A stretch of DNA of 64,000 bases from Bacteroidales bacterium (GCA_012520175.1 JAAYOU010000065.1:7895-71894), one strand, 5' to 3'. Counted from the stretch's first letter, positions 38,225 to 48,453 are shown. A program made the numbers and translations. Notes: generated by a model from the letters alone, not told the origin.

Positions 38225-39378
38225 AAAAACAACGGCTTGCTATATTAGGTTCTACAGGTTCTATCGGAGTTCAAACGCTTGACGTGTGCAGAAATTTTCC
38301 CGATAAATTTACTGTGGAGGCTCTTACAGCAGGTTCTAATGCTGATTTGCTGATAAAACAAGCTGTTGAGTTTAATCCAAATGTTGTTGTTATCGGAGAC
38401 GAAAGCAAATATGAGGTTGTTTCCAAAGCTTTGGAGAAAACTGACATTAAAGTATTCTGTGGCTATAATTCTATCATAAGTATTGCAGAAAGCAGCGAAG
38501 TTGACACTGTTGTTTTGTCATTAGTGGGAATTGCAGGGCTAAAGCCAGCTTATGCAGCTCTAAAAGCTGGAAAAAAACTGTCTATTGCGAATAAGGAGGT
38601 TTTAGTTGTTGCTGGCGAGCTAATTACAAAAACAGCAATTGAAAATAATAGCATATTAATTCCAATAGACAGCGAGCACTCTGCGATAATGCAATGTATA
38701 AGCGGTGAATCATTGTCCAGTGTAAAAAAAATTCTCCTTACTGCTTCTGGAGGACCTTTTAGAGGATATACTCTTCAGCAGCTAAAAGATGTAACAGTAA
38801 AGCAAGCTTTGGCTCACCCTGTATGGAGCATGGGAAGTAAAATATCCATAGATTCTTCAACCATGATGAATAAAGGTTTTGAAGTTATTGAAGCAAAATG
38901 GCTTTTTAATATTCCCGTAGAAAACATTGACGTTGTAATTCACCCGCAATCAATTATTCATTCCATGGTTCAATTTCAAGACGGCTCTATTAAAGCTCAG
39001 CTGAGTAAGCCCGATATGAGATTACCTATTTTATATTCTCTAACTTATCCAGATAGATTGCCAGCTGCTTTTCAAACTGAAGGAATTGAAAACATTCATC
39101 AGCTAACATTTGAAAAGCCTGATTTGGAAACCTTTAAGCATCTTTCATTAGCTTATGAAGCAATGAAAATGGGAGGAGGAGCTCCTTGTGTTTTAAACGC
39201 ATCAAACGAAGTAGCTGTTGATTTATTCTTAAATGGTAAAATCTCATTTACTCAAATGCAAAAAATTTCTGAAACAGCGTTGTGTAAAATAAAAATAACA
39301 AAGCCTGTTTCCATAGACGAATATTTAATGCTTGATAAGGAAACAAAATCTTTTTGTAAAACTCTAAAAACAAATTAA
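38221..39378 (+). CDS. dxr: 1-deoxy-D-xylulose-5-phosphate reductoisomerase
   Basis: 385 aa. LAILGSTGSIGVQTLDV NADPH site, PIDSEHSA, MNKGFEVIEA. Confidence 0.95.
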   Translation: MKKQRLAILGSTGSIGVQTLDVCRNFPDKFTVEALTAGSNADLLIKQAVEFNPNVVVIGDESKYEVVSKALEKTDIKVFCGYNSIISIAESSEVDTVVLSLVGIAGLKPAYAALKAGKKLSIANKEVLVVAGELITKTAIENNSILIPIDSEHSAIMQCISGESLSSVKKILLTASGGPFRGYTLQQLKDVTVKQALAHPVWSMGSKISIDSSTMMNKGFEVIEAKWLFNIPVENIDVVIHPQSIIHSMVQFQDGSIKAQLSKPDMRLPILYSLTYPDRLPAAFQTEGIENIHQLTFEKPDLETFKHLSLAYEAMKMGGGAPCVLNASNEVAVDLFLNGKISFTQMQKISETALCKIKITKPVSIDEYLMLDKETKSFCKTLKTN

Positions 39379-39380
39379 AA

Positions 39381-40703
39381 ATGGAAGTTCTTATTAAAAT
39401 TGCTCAACTTCTTTTAAGCCTTTCTATTCTTGTTATAGTACACGAATTTGGTCATTACATTACTGCTAGAATGTTTAAAACAAGAGTAGAAAAGTTTTAT
39501 CTTTTTTTCGATCCTTGGTTTTCTTTATTCAAATTTAAAAAAGGTGATACTGAATATGGAATTGGCTGGCTTCCTTTGGGCGGATATGTAAAAATAGCTG
39601 GCATGATTGACGAGTCTATGGACAAAGAGCAGATGAAACAACCTCCTCAACCATGGGAATTCAGAAGCAAAAAAGCATGGCAAAGATTTATTATCATGGT
39701 TGCTGGGGTAGTTATGAATGTTATTTTAGCAATGGTTATTTACATTGCAATGTTGGCAGCTTGGGGCGAAAGATATTTGCCAAATAGCGAAGTAAAAGAT
39801 GGTATTGCAGTTGATTCCCTCGCTATGGAGGCAGGATTAAGATCTGGAGACAAGGTTTTAAAAGTGGATGATATTGTAATTGAAGATTTTTTCGATATTC
39901 TTCCAAATCTTTTGCTTGAAAATGCAAAAACAATGACTGTTTTAAGAAACGACACGATTAAAAATCTTGATATTCCTAGCGATTTTGTTAAAAAACTAAT
40001 TAATTCCGAACGGGCTAATGTTATTATGCCGCGTATTCCTATGATTATTGACAGCATTCTTCCAAATTCATTAAATGCTGCATCAGAATTAAGAAAAGGA
40101 GATGAAGTCATAGAAATTAACGATAAACCCATCAAGTTTAACGATGAGTTTAAATCTGAAGCCTCAAATTATAAAGGACAAGAAGTCCCTATTAAAGTTA
40201 TTAGGCAAGGTGATACTCTTTCTTTTCCAGTAAAAATTAATCAAAATGGACTCCTTGAAACTTATATATTAGCCGATTTAAGTCGCTTTTTTAATATTGC
40301 AACAAAAAATTATTCGTTTTGGGAAGCAATTCCTGCAGGAATAAACAAGGCAGGCACAAAAATATCCGAATATTGGAAGCAACTTAAGCTAATGTTTAAT
40401 AAAGATGTTAGAGCTTATGAAAATGTTGGAGGTTTTATTACAATGGGAAAAATATTCCCTGGCGTTTGGGATTGGCAGTCTTTCTGGAACCTAACGGCAT
40501 TTCTGTCGCTTATGTTGGCGGTGTTAAACATATTGCCAATTCCAGCTCTTGATGGAGGACATGTTCTTTTCCTTTTAATTGAAATGATAACCGGTAGAAA
40601 AGTTTCACAAAAAGTGCTGGAAATAGCACAATATATTGGTTTGCTAATTTTATTTATAATATTAATTTGGGCAAATTTGAATGATGTTATAAAATTGTTT
40701 TAA
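39381..40703 (+). CDS. rseP: RIP (site-2) zinc metalloprotease RseP
   Basis: 440 aa. HEFGHY zinc motif, PDZ region, and C-terminal LNILPIPALDGGH motif. Confidence 0.9.
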   Translation: MEVLIKIAQLLLSLSILVIVHEFGHYITARMFKTRVEKFYLFFDPWFSLFKFKKGDTEYGIGWLPLGGYVKIAGMIDESMDKEQMKQPPQPWEFRSKKAWQRFIIMVAGVVMNVILAMVIYIAMLAAWGERYLPNSEVKDGIAVDSLAMEAGLRSGDKVLKVDDIVIEDFFDILPNLLLENAKTMTVLRNDTIKNLDIPSDFVKKLINSERANVIMPRIPMIIDSILPNSLNAASELRKGDEVIEINDKPIKFNDEFKSEASNYKGQEVPIKVIRQGDTLSFPVKINQNGLLETYILADLSRFFNIATKNYSFWEAIPAGINKAGTKISEYWKQLKLMFNKDVRAYENVGGFITMGKIFPGVWDWQSFWNLTAFLSLMLAVLNILPIPALDGGHVLFLLIEMITGRKVSQKVLEIAQYIGLLILFIILIWANLNDVIKLF

Positions 40704-40735
40704 AAGCAAGCTGTATAAATAACATTTAAAAATTT

Positions 40736-40775
40736 TAGAGGAAGTTAGGGGAAATTAGAGGAAAACTTCCCCTAA
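40736..40775 (+). repeat. Left copy of a 40-bp direct repeat flanking the fic gene; contains a 9-bp-stem hairpin
   Basis: tagaggaagTTAGGGGAAattagaggaaaacTTCCCCTAA. The last 31 nt are identical to 42120-42150. Confidence 0.9.
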
Positions 40776-40819
40776 TTGAAAAATTATATTATCTTTGTTT
40801 CCTTTAAGAGCTAAAATAT

Positions 40820-42133
40820 ATGATTGAAAAACCGCCTATTTTAGATAAAAATAAGATTGATGAAGTTTGGCAAATAATAAGCAATTCCAGCTTAGATAAG
40901 GTTTTCAAAAAAATCAATAATGAATATCTTTACTGGGACAAAGTAAAGTATTTAATTCCCTTAGGCGTAAACCCATCTGCATTTTGGCATGCGATTAAAA
41001 TACAGCGAAATTTAACTGCAAAAACGTTTTATTTTGGGTCAACTAAGTTTAAATTTTCGCTAACAGACCGAATGCACGAGCTTTTACATACATTAGATCT
41101 TAATCTTGGAGGGAGTTTAGGAACACAGGGAATTATTCCAGAAAAAGACAAGAATTTTTATTTGATAAACTCCATAATGGAAGAAGCAATTGCCTCAAGC
41201 CAAATGGAGGGAGCTTCCACTACACGCAAAGTTGCAAAAGACATGTTGCGTAAGCAACTTAAGCCTAAAAATAAAGGGCAGCAAATGATTTCAAATAACT
41301 ATAACACAATACGATATTTAGTTGAAAATCAATCAGAAACATTTTCGATAGAAAAATTAAAAGAAATACAACGCCTTATTACACGGAATACACTTTCTAA
41401 CAAAGAATATGAGGGCAAATTCCGCACAACCGATGATGTTTTTGTAATGAATGGAGTAACGGGAGAAGTAGCATATACTCCGCCGCCAAGTAAAGATATA
41501 GAGCAGTGGTTGAGCAAACTTTGCGACTTTGCAAATAATGATAATAAAGATAACTTTATACATCCTATAATTAAAGGCATAATTATTCATTTTATGCTTG
41601 CTTATATACATCCTTTTGTTGATGGAAATGGTAGAACTGCGCGTTCTTTAGTATATTGGTACTTATTAAAAAAAGGATACTGGCTTACTGAGTATTTATC
41701 TATTTCTAGAATTATTTATCGCAGTAAAAAGAAATATGAATTAGCTTTTCTTTATACCGAAAACGATGAAAACGACTTGTCGTATTTTATTCAATACAAT
41801 TTGGAAACGCTGAACAAATCTTTTGAAGAATTAAAAATTTATTTACAGCAAAAAATAAGCGAACAAAACGATTTGATTTTATTTAAAGAAATACCAGAAA
41901 TAAACGAACGTCAAGCTCAAATATTAAAAATTCTCATTGAAAAACCTAAAACTATTTTTACGGCAAAAGAATTAACAATAAGGTTTAATGTGTCAATAAA
42001 AACAACTCGCAAAGACTTGCAACAGCTTGTTTCAATGGGACTTATGGAGGAATTTAATATTAATAAAAGACAATTAGGCTATATAAAAGTTAATGATTTT
42101 GATAAAAAACTAGAGGAGCTTAGGGGAAATTAG
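40820..42133 (+). CDS. fic: Fic-family protein (AMPylase-type Fic domain with N-terminal inhibitory-helix motif and C-terminal wHTH-like region)
   Basis: 437 aa. Canonical Fic motif HPFVDGNGRTAR. SSQMEG fits the (S/T)xxxE(G/N) auto-inhibition motif upstream of the core. Confidence 0.85.
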   Translation: MIEKPPILDKNKIDEVWQIISNSSLDKVFKKINNEYLYWDKVKYLIPLGVNPSAFWHAIKIQRNLTAKTFYFGSTKFKFSLTDRMHELLHTLDLNLGGSLGTQGIIPEKDKNFYLINSIMEEAIASSQMEGASTTRKVAKDMLRKQLKPKNKGQQMISNNYNTIRYLVENQSETFSIEKLKEIQRLITRNTLSNKEYEGKFRTTDDVFVMNGVTGEVAYTPPPSKDIEQWLSKLCDFANNDNKDNFIHPIIKGIIIHFMLAYIHPFVDGNGRTARSLVYWYLLKKGYWLTEYLSISRIIYRSKKKYELAFLYTENDENDLSYFIQYNLETLNKSFEELKIYLQQKISEQNDLILFKEIPEINERQAQILKILIEKPKTIFTAKELTIRFNVSIKTTRKDLQQLVSMGLMEEFNINKRQLGYIKVNDFDKKLEELRGN

Positions 42134-42150
42134 AGGAAAACTTCCCCTAA
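42111..42150 (+). repeat. Right copy of the 40-bp direct repeat; overlaps the last codons and stop of fic
   Basis: tagaggagcTTAGGGGAAattagaggaaaacTTCCCCTAA. 38 of 40 nt match 40736-40775. Confidence 0.9.
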
Positions 42151-42397
42151 ATTTGCAAATTCCCAAAATAAAATTTCTTAAATACATGTTTTTCCAAAAC
42201 ATAATTTTAAGAAGAAGTTGCTGTTTAAACACAAAAAAATTAGGTTTTGCTTTAATTTTTAGTGGAAAATTAAAATAAAGTTAAAAAATTTTAAAAAAAA
42301 TGTAGGAATTATTATTTTTATTACTATATTTGCATTATGTTTTTTAGTTTCATGTGTAATGTGTTCTTTAAAATTTTAACAATTAAAACAATTAAAA

Positions 42398-44947
42398 ATG
42401 AAAAAAAGAAATATTTTTAAGCAATTAGCAGTTGTAGTATTAACCTTGGTATTAACAGGTTTTGCTAATAATTCTTTTGCACAGTTTCCGTTAAGATTCG
42501 ATAATGTTAATACAGGCCCAACATCTAAAACAATATGTCAAGGGTTTTCTGCTGGGACTCTTTGTTTTAACAAAGGATCTGGTACATACTATATAGAATA
42601 TAGTTTGAATAATGGTGCAACATGGAATACTGGAAGACAAACTTGGTCTGGCACAAATAATATTACTGGAGATATTCCAACATGGAATCCTTCTTATGTA
42701 ACAATGCTTTTTAGAATTAAACATAATAATACTTCTACTTATTCAACTACTGTAACTTTATATTTTCAAGTGCCAGCATCAATTACTGCCCAACCAAACT
42801 CTACATCTGTAGTTGAGGGAGGCAACACCAGTTTTTCTGTTTCTGCAACAAATGCCACATCGTATCAATGGCAGGTTTCTACAAATGGTGGATCTTCATA
42901 TACAAATATTACATCAGCAGGCTCAAATCCAACGTATTCTGGCTGGACAACACCAACATTAAGCTTAACTGGAGTTGCTGCAAGTAACAATAACTACAAA
43001 TACCAGTGTATAGTAAATGGCTGTAACACTGTAACTAGTAATCCAGCAACATTAACTGTAACATTAAGCTGTATTGCTCCTATAACACAAGCAAGCAATA
43101 TTTCTTTTTCTACAATTAACACTACTTCTGGAACATTGCAATGGAATAATGGTAGTGGAACTGGTAGAGTAGTTTATATAAATACAACAAATTCTTTTAC
43201 TGCTCCAGCAAACGGAACTACTCCTACTGCAAATACAACATATAGCGGCAGTAATCAGCAATGCGTTTATATTGGAACTGGAAATTCTGTAACTGTAACA
43301 GGTTTAACTGAGGGAACAATCTACTATGCAAGAGTATATGAATATGATTGCACAGGAAAATTGTATAACACTAGTATAGCAACTTCGAATCCTATTTCTT
43401 TTTCAATTTTTGTTTGTGAATATCCTACCGCTCAGGCAACATCTTTTACATCAACGCCTTATGCAAATGGAGCTATTATAAATTGGGTTAGAGGGAACGG
43501 AGACAAAAGGCTTGTTTTTGTAAATACAACGAACTCTTTTACAATGCCTTCAGACGGAGTTAATTATACTGCAAATTCTACTTATAGTGGCAGCGGTCAG
43601 CAATGTGTTTATAATGGAGTTGGAAATTCTGTAGATGTAAAAGGATTAAATCCAAGTACAACTTATTACTTTGCAGTTTATGAATTTACTGCTGCTGGAT
43701 TTTGCTATTTAGCTAATCCTTTAACAGGAAGTGCAACAACTAAAGCTTCAGGTAGTAATCCAAGATTTATAATCACAAATATAGGTGGAGCATCATATTC
43801 TGGCGCATTTAATGGAAATGTTAATTCTACAATATATTTGTGTAACAATGCAGGCGTTCAGCTTTATACCAATCTTACTGATACAGTAATTGGTGGTGTT
43901 AATTATCCTGTAAGATGGCAAACTTCTCCTGATGGTGTTTCTAATTGGTTTACATGGGCTTCTCAACCTTTAACAAATACGGATAGATATATAAGAGCTT
44001 GTCGAAGTAGATTAGGATCTCATAGCACAGATATATATAATCCAACACCATGGTTACATATAGTGCATTCTCCTCATGCTACAATAGAAGCACCTACAAA
44101 CTGTACTTATACTTATAAAGATGGTGATACATATTTTACTGTTTCATGGACACCAAGTACTACAGTGGATAATACTGGTGGCGGATTAACAATAAAACAC
44201 TTTATATGCTATGCAACACAACCTGACTATTCTGACGCTATTTGGATTGATGTTACAGGGCTTACAACATACACAGTTACAGGTATTACACCTGGAGTTA
44301 CTTACTACTGGAAATTATATGCCCAAACATATAACGTAGGTACAAATAATGGTGGTGATTGGTTTTGTGGAGCTCAACCATATACCACTTGCAGCCTTGC
44401 ATCAACTTTACCTATAGATCTTATTTCTTTAAATGCACATTTTGATGGTAATAAAGTTATTGTTTCTTGGACATCTGCTACTGAAATGAATAATATGAAC
44501 TTTGTTGTTGAAAGAAGTATAAATACAGTAGATTGGCAAGCTATAGGTTCTGTTAATGGCTTTGGAAATTCTAATAATCTAATAGAATATTCTTTTGAAG
44601 ATAATAACCCAATAAATGGCATTTCGTATTACAGATTAAAACAAGTAGATTTTAATGGGGAATATACATATTATGGACCTGTTTTTGTTACTTGTTACAA
44701 TATTGAATCTGACGGATTAAGTGTTTATCCAAATCCAGCTTCTGAAAGTGTTTTTGTTTCAGGAGTTTCAAATTCTAAAGCAGAAATAGTTTTATACAAT
44801 GTTTATGGAAATGTTATGGCAACTTATGCTTCAAATGATGTTTCTGTTCCAACAGCTATCTCTTTAGCAGAATTTGAAAGAGGTGTTTACTTTGTTGCAG
44901 TGAAAATAAATGAAAAATCTAAATTTTTCAAAATAGTACGCAACTAA
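42398..44947 (+). CDS. Large T9SS cargo surface protein with Ig-like and duplicated Fn3-like modules
   Basis: 849 aa. Signal peptide. Ig-like segment ITAQPNSTSVVEGGNTSFSVSATNATSYQWQVSTNGGSSY. Two paralogous modules (...TNSFTAPANGT...YSGSNQQCVY... and ...TNSFTMPSDGV...YSGSGQQCVY...). C-terminal LSVYPNPASESVFVSG...GVYFVAVKINEKSKFFKIV CTD. Confidence 0.75.
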   Translation: MKKRNIFKQLAVVVLTLVLTGFANNSFAQFPLRFDNVNTGPTSKTICQGFSAGTLCFNKGSGTYYIEYSLNNGATWNTGRQTWSGTNNITGDIPTWNPSYVTMLFRIKHNNTSTYSTTVTLYFQVPASITAQPNSTSVVEGGNTSFSVSATNATSYQWQVSTNGGSSYTNITSAGSNPTYSGWTTPTLSLTGVAASNNNYKYQCIVNGCNTVTSNPATLTVTLSCIAPITQASNISFSTINTTSGTLQWNNGSGTGRVVYINTTNSFTAPANGTTPTANTTYSGSNQQCVYIGTGNSVTVTGLTEGTIYYARVYEYDCTGKLYNTSIATSNPISFSIFVCEYPTAQATSFTSTPYANGAIINWVRGNGDKRLVFVNTTNSFTMPSDGVNYTANSTYSGSGQQCVYNGVGNSVDVKGLNPSTTYYFAVYEFTAAGFCYLANPLTGSATTKASGSNPRFIITNIGGASYSGAFNGNVNSTIYLCNNAGVQLYTNLTDTVIGGVNYPVRWQTSPDGVSNWFTWASQPLTNTDRYIRACRSRLGSHSTDIYNPTPWLHIVHSPHATIEAPTNCTYTYKDGDTYFTVSWTPSTTVDNTGGGLTIKHFICYATQPDYSDAIWIDVTGLTTYTVTGITPGVTYYWKLYAQTYNVGTNNGGDWFCGAQPYTTCSLASTLPIDLISLNAHFDGNKVIVSWTSATEMNNMNFVVERSINTVDWQAIGSVNGFGNSNNLIEYSFEDNNPINGISYYRLKQVDFNGEYTYYGPVFVTCYNIESDGLSVYPNPASESVFVSGVSNSKAEIVLYNVYGNVMATYASNDVSVPTAISLAEFERGVYFVAVKINEKSKFFKIVRN

Positions 44948-45000
44948 TAATATTTTAGAAGTAAGGAAATAAGAACTTTTTAAGTTGTTCTTATTTTCAT

Positions 45001-45030
45001 AAAAAAACAGGTTGAAAACCTGTTTTTTTT
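45001..45030. terminator. Bidirectional hairpin terminator between the T9SS cargo gene (+) and tRNA-Leu (-)
   Basis: aaaaaaACAGGTTgaaAACCTGTtttttttt: a perfect 7-bp stem with an A-run on one side and a T-run on the other. Confidence 0.7.
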
Positions 45031-45031
45031 G

Positions 45032-45115
45032 TACCCGAGGCCGGGATCGAACCGGCACAAGTGTTACCTCATCGGTTTTTGAGACCGACGCGTCTACCAA
45101 TTCCGCCACTCGGGC
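45032..45115 (-). tRNA. tRNA-Leu (anticodon CAA), type II with long variable arm
   Basis: Minus-strand read GCCCGAG-TG-GCGGAATTGGTAGACGC-G-TCGGT-CTCAAAA-ACCGA-TGAGGTAACACTTGT-GCCGG-TTCGATC-CCGGC-CTCGGGT-A. The cloverleaf was folded by hand. The anticodon loop CTCAAAA gives CAA. Confidence 0.9.
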
Positions 45116-45170
45116 ATTTTTCGTCGGAGAAGCAAAAGTACAAAAAAAATATTTATCTTTGGTTATTATT

Positions 45171-45974
45171 ATGAAATTTTTAATAATTATATTATTTCTT
45201 TTTCAATTACCCGTTTTGGCACAGAACATTACGCTTGTAAATGAATTTGAATTACCCACAAATCCTGTAGCAATTTCTGTAGATCCTTTTGGCTCTGTTT
45301 ATACAGTATTTATAAATGGCAATATAATAAAAACAGATACATCAGGAAAGCAGTTGGCAACCCACATACGAAAAACTAATAGTAGTGATTGGCAGATAGA
45401 CGCTTCTAATCCATATAAAATAATTATCTTCAATCGCGACCTGCAAATTGTAGATATTTACAATTCCGACTTTGGAAAAATAAACACAATAGATTTGTCA
45501 TTGCTGGATATTGGCGATGTAGCCTTATGCTGCATTTCTTATAATAATTCTTTTTGGATATTGAGCTCATCAAATAATGAACTATATCATTTTTCAGAAA
45601 ATTTGGAAATAATTTCGAAAACAAATCTAAACTTAACAAATGTTGAAATTGATAATTACAGCAATTGCATTTTAAAAGAATCTGGTTCTAAATTATTGCT
45701 TGCAGAAGCTAAAAAGCAAGCTTATATTTTTGATATTTATGGAAATTTTTCTAATAAATTCAGTAAAAATTCAGATATTTGGGAGATAGACAAAGATATT
45801 GTTTATTATATTCAAAACGACACACTACAAGCCTATCACATGCGTTTGCACGAAGAAATTGTTTTGCCCGTTAATACAAGCAACATAAATAAATTTATAA
45901 TTAACGGAAATTGGATTTCGATTTTATCCAAAAATAAAATATCTTTGTTTAGAAAAAATAATATTAAAAAATAA
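45171..45974 (+). CDS. Secreted hypothetical protein
   Basis: The track ORF begins at 45012, inside the tRNA. I prefer ATG 45171 (MKFLIIILFLFQLPVLAQ signal peptide). 267 aa, beta-rich, no recognisable motif. Confidence 0.5.
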   Translation: MKFLIIILFLFQLPVLAQNITLVNEFELPTNPVAISVDPFGSVYTVFINGNIIKTDTSGKQLATHIRKTNSSDWQIDASNPYKIIIFNRDLQIVDIYNSDFGKINTIDLSLLDIGDVALCCISYNNSFWILSSSNNELYHFSENLEIISKTNLNLTNVEIDNYSNCILKESGSKLLLAEAKKQAYIFDIYGNFSNKFSKNSDIWEIDKDIVYYIQNDTLQAYHMRLHEEIVLPVNTSNINKFIINGNWISILSKNKISLFRKNNIKK

Positions 45975-45979
45975 ATAAT

Positions 45980-46594
45980 ATGCATATAGCTATTGCTGGA
46001 AATATAGGAAGTGGAAAAACCACATTAACAGAGCTTCTTGCTAAACATTTTAAATATTCACCAAAATACGAAGATGTTGACTCAAATCCGTATTTAGCTA
46101 GTTTTTATGAAGACATGAAGCGCTGGTCGTTTAATTTACAAATTTATTTTTTAAACAGTCGTTTTCGTCAACTTGTTGAAATACACAAGAAGTCAGAAAA
46201 TGTAATTCAAGACCGCACAATTTATGAAGATGCATGCATATTTGCTCCAAATCTACATAACATGGGCTTAATGTCTTCAAGAGACTTTGCAACATATAAA
46301 TCTATTTTTGAGCTCATGATTTCGTTTATAAAAGCACCAGATTTGTTAATTTATTTGCGTGCAGACGTGCCTACGCTTGTTAGCCAAATTCAAAAAAGAG
46401 GTCGAGATTACGAAGCCTCTATTAGACTTGATTATTTAAAAAGTTTGAATGACAGATACGAAGAGTGGATAAGCAATTATACAGATGGCAAGCTACTTAT
46501 AATTGACGTTGAAAAAGTAAAATTTCACGAAAACAAAGCTGATTTAGGCATTGTTATTGATAAGATTAACGCAGAGCTTTACGGACTTTTTTAA
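45980..46594 (+). CDS. Deoxynucleoside kinase family protein
   Basis: 204 aa. P-loop IAGNIGSGKTT. Family blocks DRTIYED and QIQKRGRDYE. Confidence 0.8.
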   Translation: MHIAIAGNIGSGKTTLTELLAKHFKYSPKYEDVDSNPYLASFYEDMKRWSFNLQIYFLNSRFRQLVEIHKKSENVIQDRTIYEDACIFAPNLHNMGLMSSRDFATYKSIFELMISFIKAPDLLIYLRADVPTLVSQIQKRGRDYEASIRLDYLKSLNDRYEEWISNYTDGKLLIIDVEKVKFHENKADLGIVIDKINAELYGLF

Positions 46595-46596
46595 TT

Positions 46597-47376
46597 ATGA
46601 AATTTATTGGAATTATACCTGCTCGTTACGCATCAGTTCGTTTTCCCGGAAAACCATTGGTAATAATTGCAGGAAAACCTATGATTCAATGGGTATATGA
46701 AAATGCTTCAAAAGCAAAATGCCTTTCGGACTTGTATATTGCAACTGACGACACAAGAATTGTTCAACGTTGCTCTATGTTTGGTGCAAAAACAATTTTA
46801 ACTGCACCCACGCATCCAAGCGGAACAGATAGATGCTTTGAAGCTGCCATAAAAGCAGGTGCTTCTGTAGATGACAATGACACTGTTATTATAAATATTC
46901 AAGGTGATGAACCTTTTATTGATGCTTCAATTATAGATCAGCTTGCTTCTGCTTTTACCGATGCAGACGTAAATATAGCAACGCTTGCAAGACCTTTTGA
47001 CTCTGACGAAAGTTTATATTCCGAAAACAGTATAAAAATTGTATTGAATTCTAATAATAATGCTCTTTATTTTAGCCGCTCAATAATTCCATTTATACGG
47101 AATTTGCGTAAAGACAAGTTTTTGTATGAACAATTTCCTTTCAGGCATCATATTGGAGTTTACTCATACCGCATAAAAACATTAGCGGAGCTTGTTCGTT
47201 TGCAGCCATCAAAATTAGAAAAGGCGGAATCTTTAGAGCAATTGCGATGGATAGAAAATGGCTATTCTATAAAAGTTTTGGAAACAAGGTATAAAGGGCA
47301 TTCCATTGATGTTCCTTCGGATATCGACCTTTTAAAAGAATCTTTTCCAGATATTTTCAAGGCTTCATTTTCTTAA
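46597..47376 (+). CDS. kdsB: 3-deoxy-manno-octulosonate cytidylyltransferase (CMP-KDO synthetase)
   Basis: 259 aa. IIPARYASVRFPGKPL, SGTDRC, NIQGDEPFI. Confidence 0.9.
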   Translation: MKFIGIIPARYASVRFPGKPLVIIAGKPMIQWVYENASKAKCLSDLYIATDDTRIVQRCSMFGAKTILTAPTHPSGTDRCFEAAIKAGASVDDNDTVIINIQGDEPFIDASIIDQLASAFTDADVNIATLARPFDSDESLYSENSIKIVLNSNNNALYFSRSIIPFIRNLRKDKFLYEQFPFRHHIGVYSYRIKTLAELVRLQPSKLEKAESLEQLRWIENGYSIKVLETRYKGHSIDVPSDIDLLKESFPDIFKASFS

Positions 47377-47397
47377 AAAGCCTTATCTTTGCAACAT

Positions 47398-47469
47398 GGC
47401 TCCGTAGTTCAATGGATAGAACGGAAGTTTCCTAAACTTTAAATACAGGTTCGATTCCTGTCGGGGCTA
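47398..47469 (+). tRNA. tRNA-Arg (anticodon CCT)
   Basis: GGCTCCG-TA-GTTC-AATGGATA-GAAC-G-GAAGT-TTCCTAA-ACTTT-AAAT-ACAGG-TTCGATT-CCTGT-CGGGGCT-A. Hand-folded cloverleaf with G-U pairs in the acceptor stem. Confidence 0.85.
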
Positions 47470-47532
47470 CTAAAACTGAGGCTGTATCAGGGTTTGTGGC
47501 TGCATGGACACTTTTTTAACAACCCTAAAAAT

Positions 47533-48453
47533 CTAATAATTTCTATCTTCGCTAATGTTATTCAATATTCCAAGATAGTTTTGGTATCTTTCTTCATGAA
47601 TAAGTCCTTTTTCAACGGCATCGCGTATTGCGCATTCAGGCTCATGTTGATGCGTACAATTTGCGTATTTGCAATTTGGAATAAACGGAGCGAACTCCCG
47701 AAACCAATGTCCAAGCTCCCATTGCTCAAAATCAACAACGCCAAATTCTTTTATGCCCGGCGAATCAATGATAAAAGTGTTGTTTTTAATGTTATATAGT
47801 CGAGCAAATGTTGTTGTGTGCATACCTTTAAAATGAACTTTTGAAATGCTTTCTGTTTTAACATTAATATCAGGAGATATTGCCATTAAAATTGCCGATT
47901 TCCCAACTCCACTATGTCCCGACAGTAATATGGTTTTTCCAGCAATTTCCTTTTTTAATTTATCAATATTTTCGCCTGTAATAGCAGAAACCTCAATAGT
48001 TGGATATTTTGCACTCTTGTATATTTCTTTGTAATAATCAACAATTTCTCTGTTGTTTTCAAATAAATCTTTTTTATTAAACACTATCAAAGTTGGAATG
48101 TGATACGACTCCGCTGTGATAAGAAATCTGTCAATAAATCCGGTAGATGTTCGTGGCAATATAGGTGTTACAATCAGCAATGCCAAATCTATATTTGCAG
48201 CTAAAATATGTGTTTGCTTTGATAAGTTTGTTGAGCGCCTTATAATAACATTTTTTCGTTCTTTTATTTTTGAGATTTGACCAATTAATTCATTTTCTGC
48301 AGGAATAAACTCAACAATGTCGCCAACAGCAACAGGATTTGTGGTTTTAATTCCACGCAAACGCAAATTGCCTTTAACAGTGCATCTGTAAATTTTATTG
48401 TTTGAAAAAACTTCGCACCAGCGACCAGTAGAGCAAATTACAATTCCTTCCAT
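47533..48453 (-). CDS. rsgA: Ribosome small-subunit-dependent GTPase A
   Basis: 306 aa. OB N-terminus, circularly permuted GTPase (NKKDL, GHSGVGKSA), zinc knuckle CKYANCTHQHEPEC. Confidence 0.9.
   Translation of the reverse strand: MEGIVICSTGRWCEVFSNNKIYRCTVKGNLRLRGIKTTNPVAVGDIVEFIPAENELIGQISKIKERKNVIIRRSTNLSKQTHILAANIDLALLIVTPILPRTSTGFIDRFLITAESYHIPTLIVFNKKDLFENNREIVDYYKEIYKSAKYPTIEVSAITGENIDKLKKEIAGKTILLSGHSGVGKSAILMAISPDINVKTESISKVHFKGMHTTTFARLYNIKNNTFIIDSPGIKEFGVVDFEQWELGHWFREFAPFIPNCKYANCTHQHEPECAIRDAVEKGLIHEERYQNYLGILNNISEDRNY

Noticed and set aside
40745-40775. The fic-flanking hairpins as ordinary Rho-independent terminators
   Set aside because: Neither copy is followed by a U-tract. 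The loop is long (13 nt), and the right copy lies partly inside the fic coding sequence. I record them as repeats instead.
44864-45170. ORF 44864..45109 (-) and the first 53 codons of ORF 45012..45974 (+)
   Set aside because: Both read through tRNA-Leu(CAA) and the bidirectional terminator. The plus-strand gene has a clean signal peptide starting at ATG 45171.
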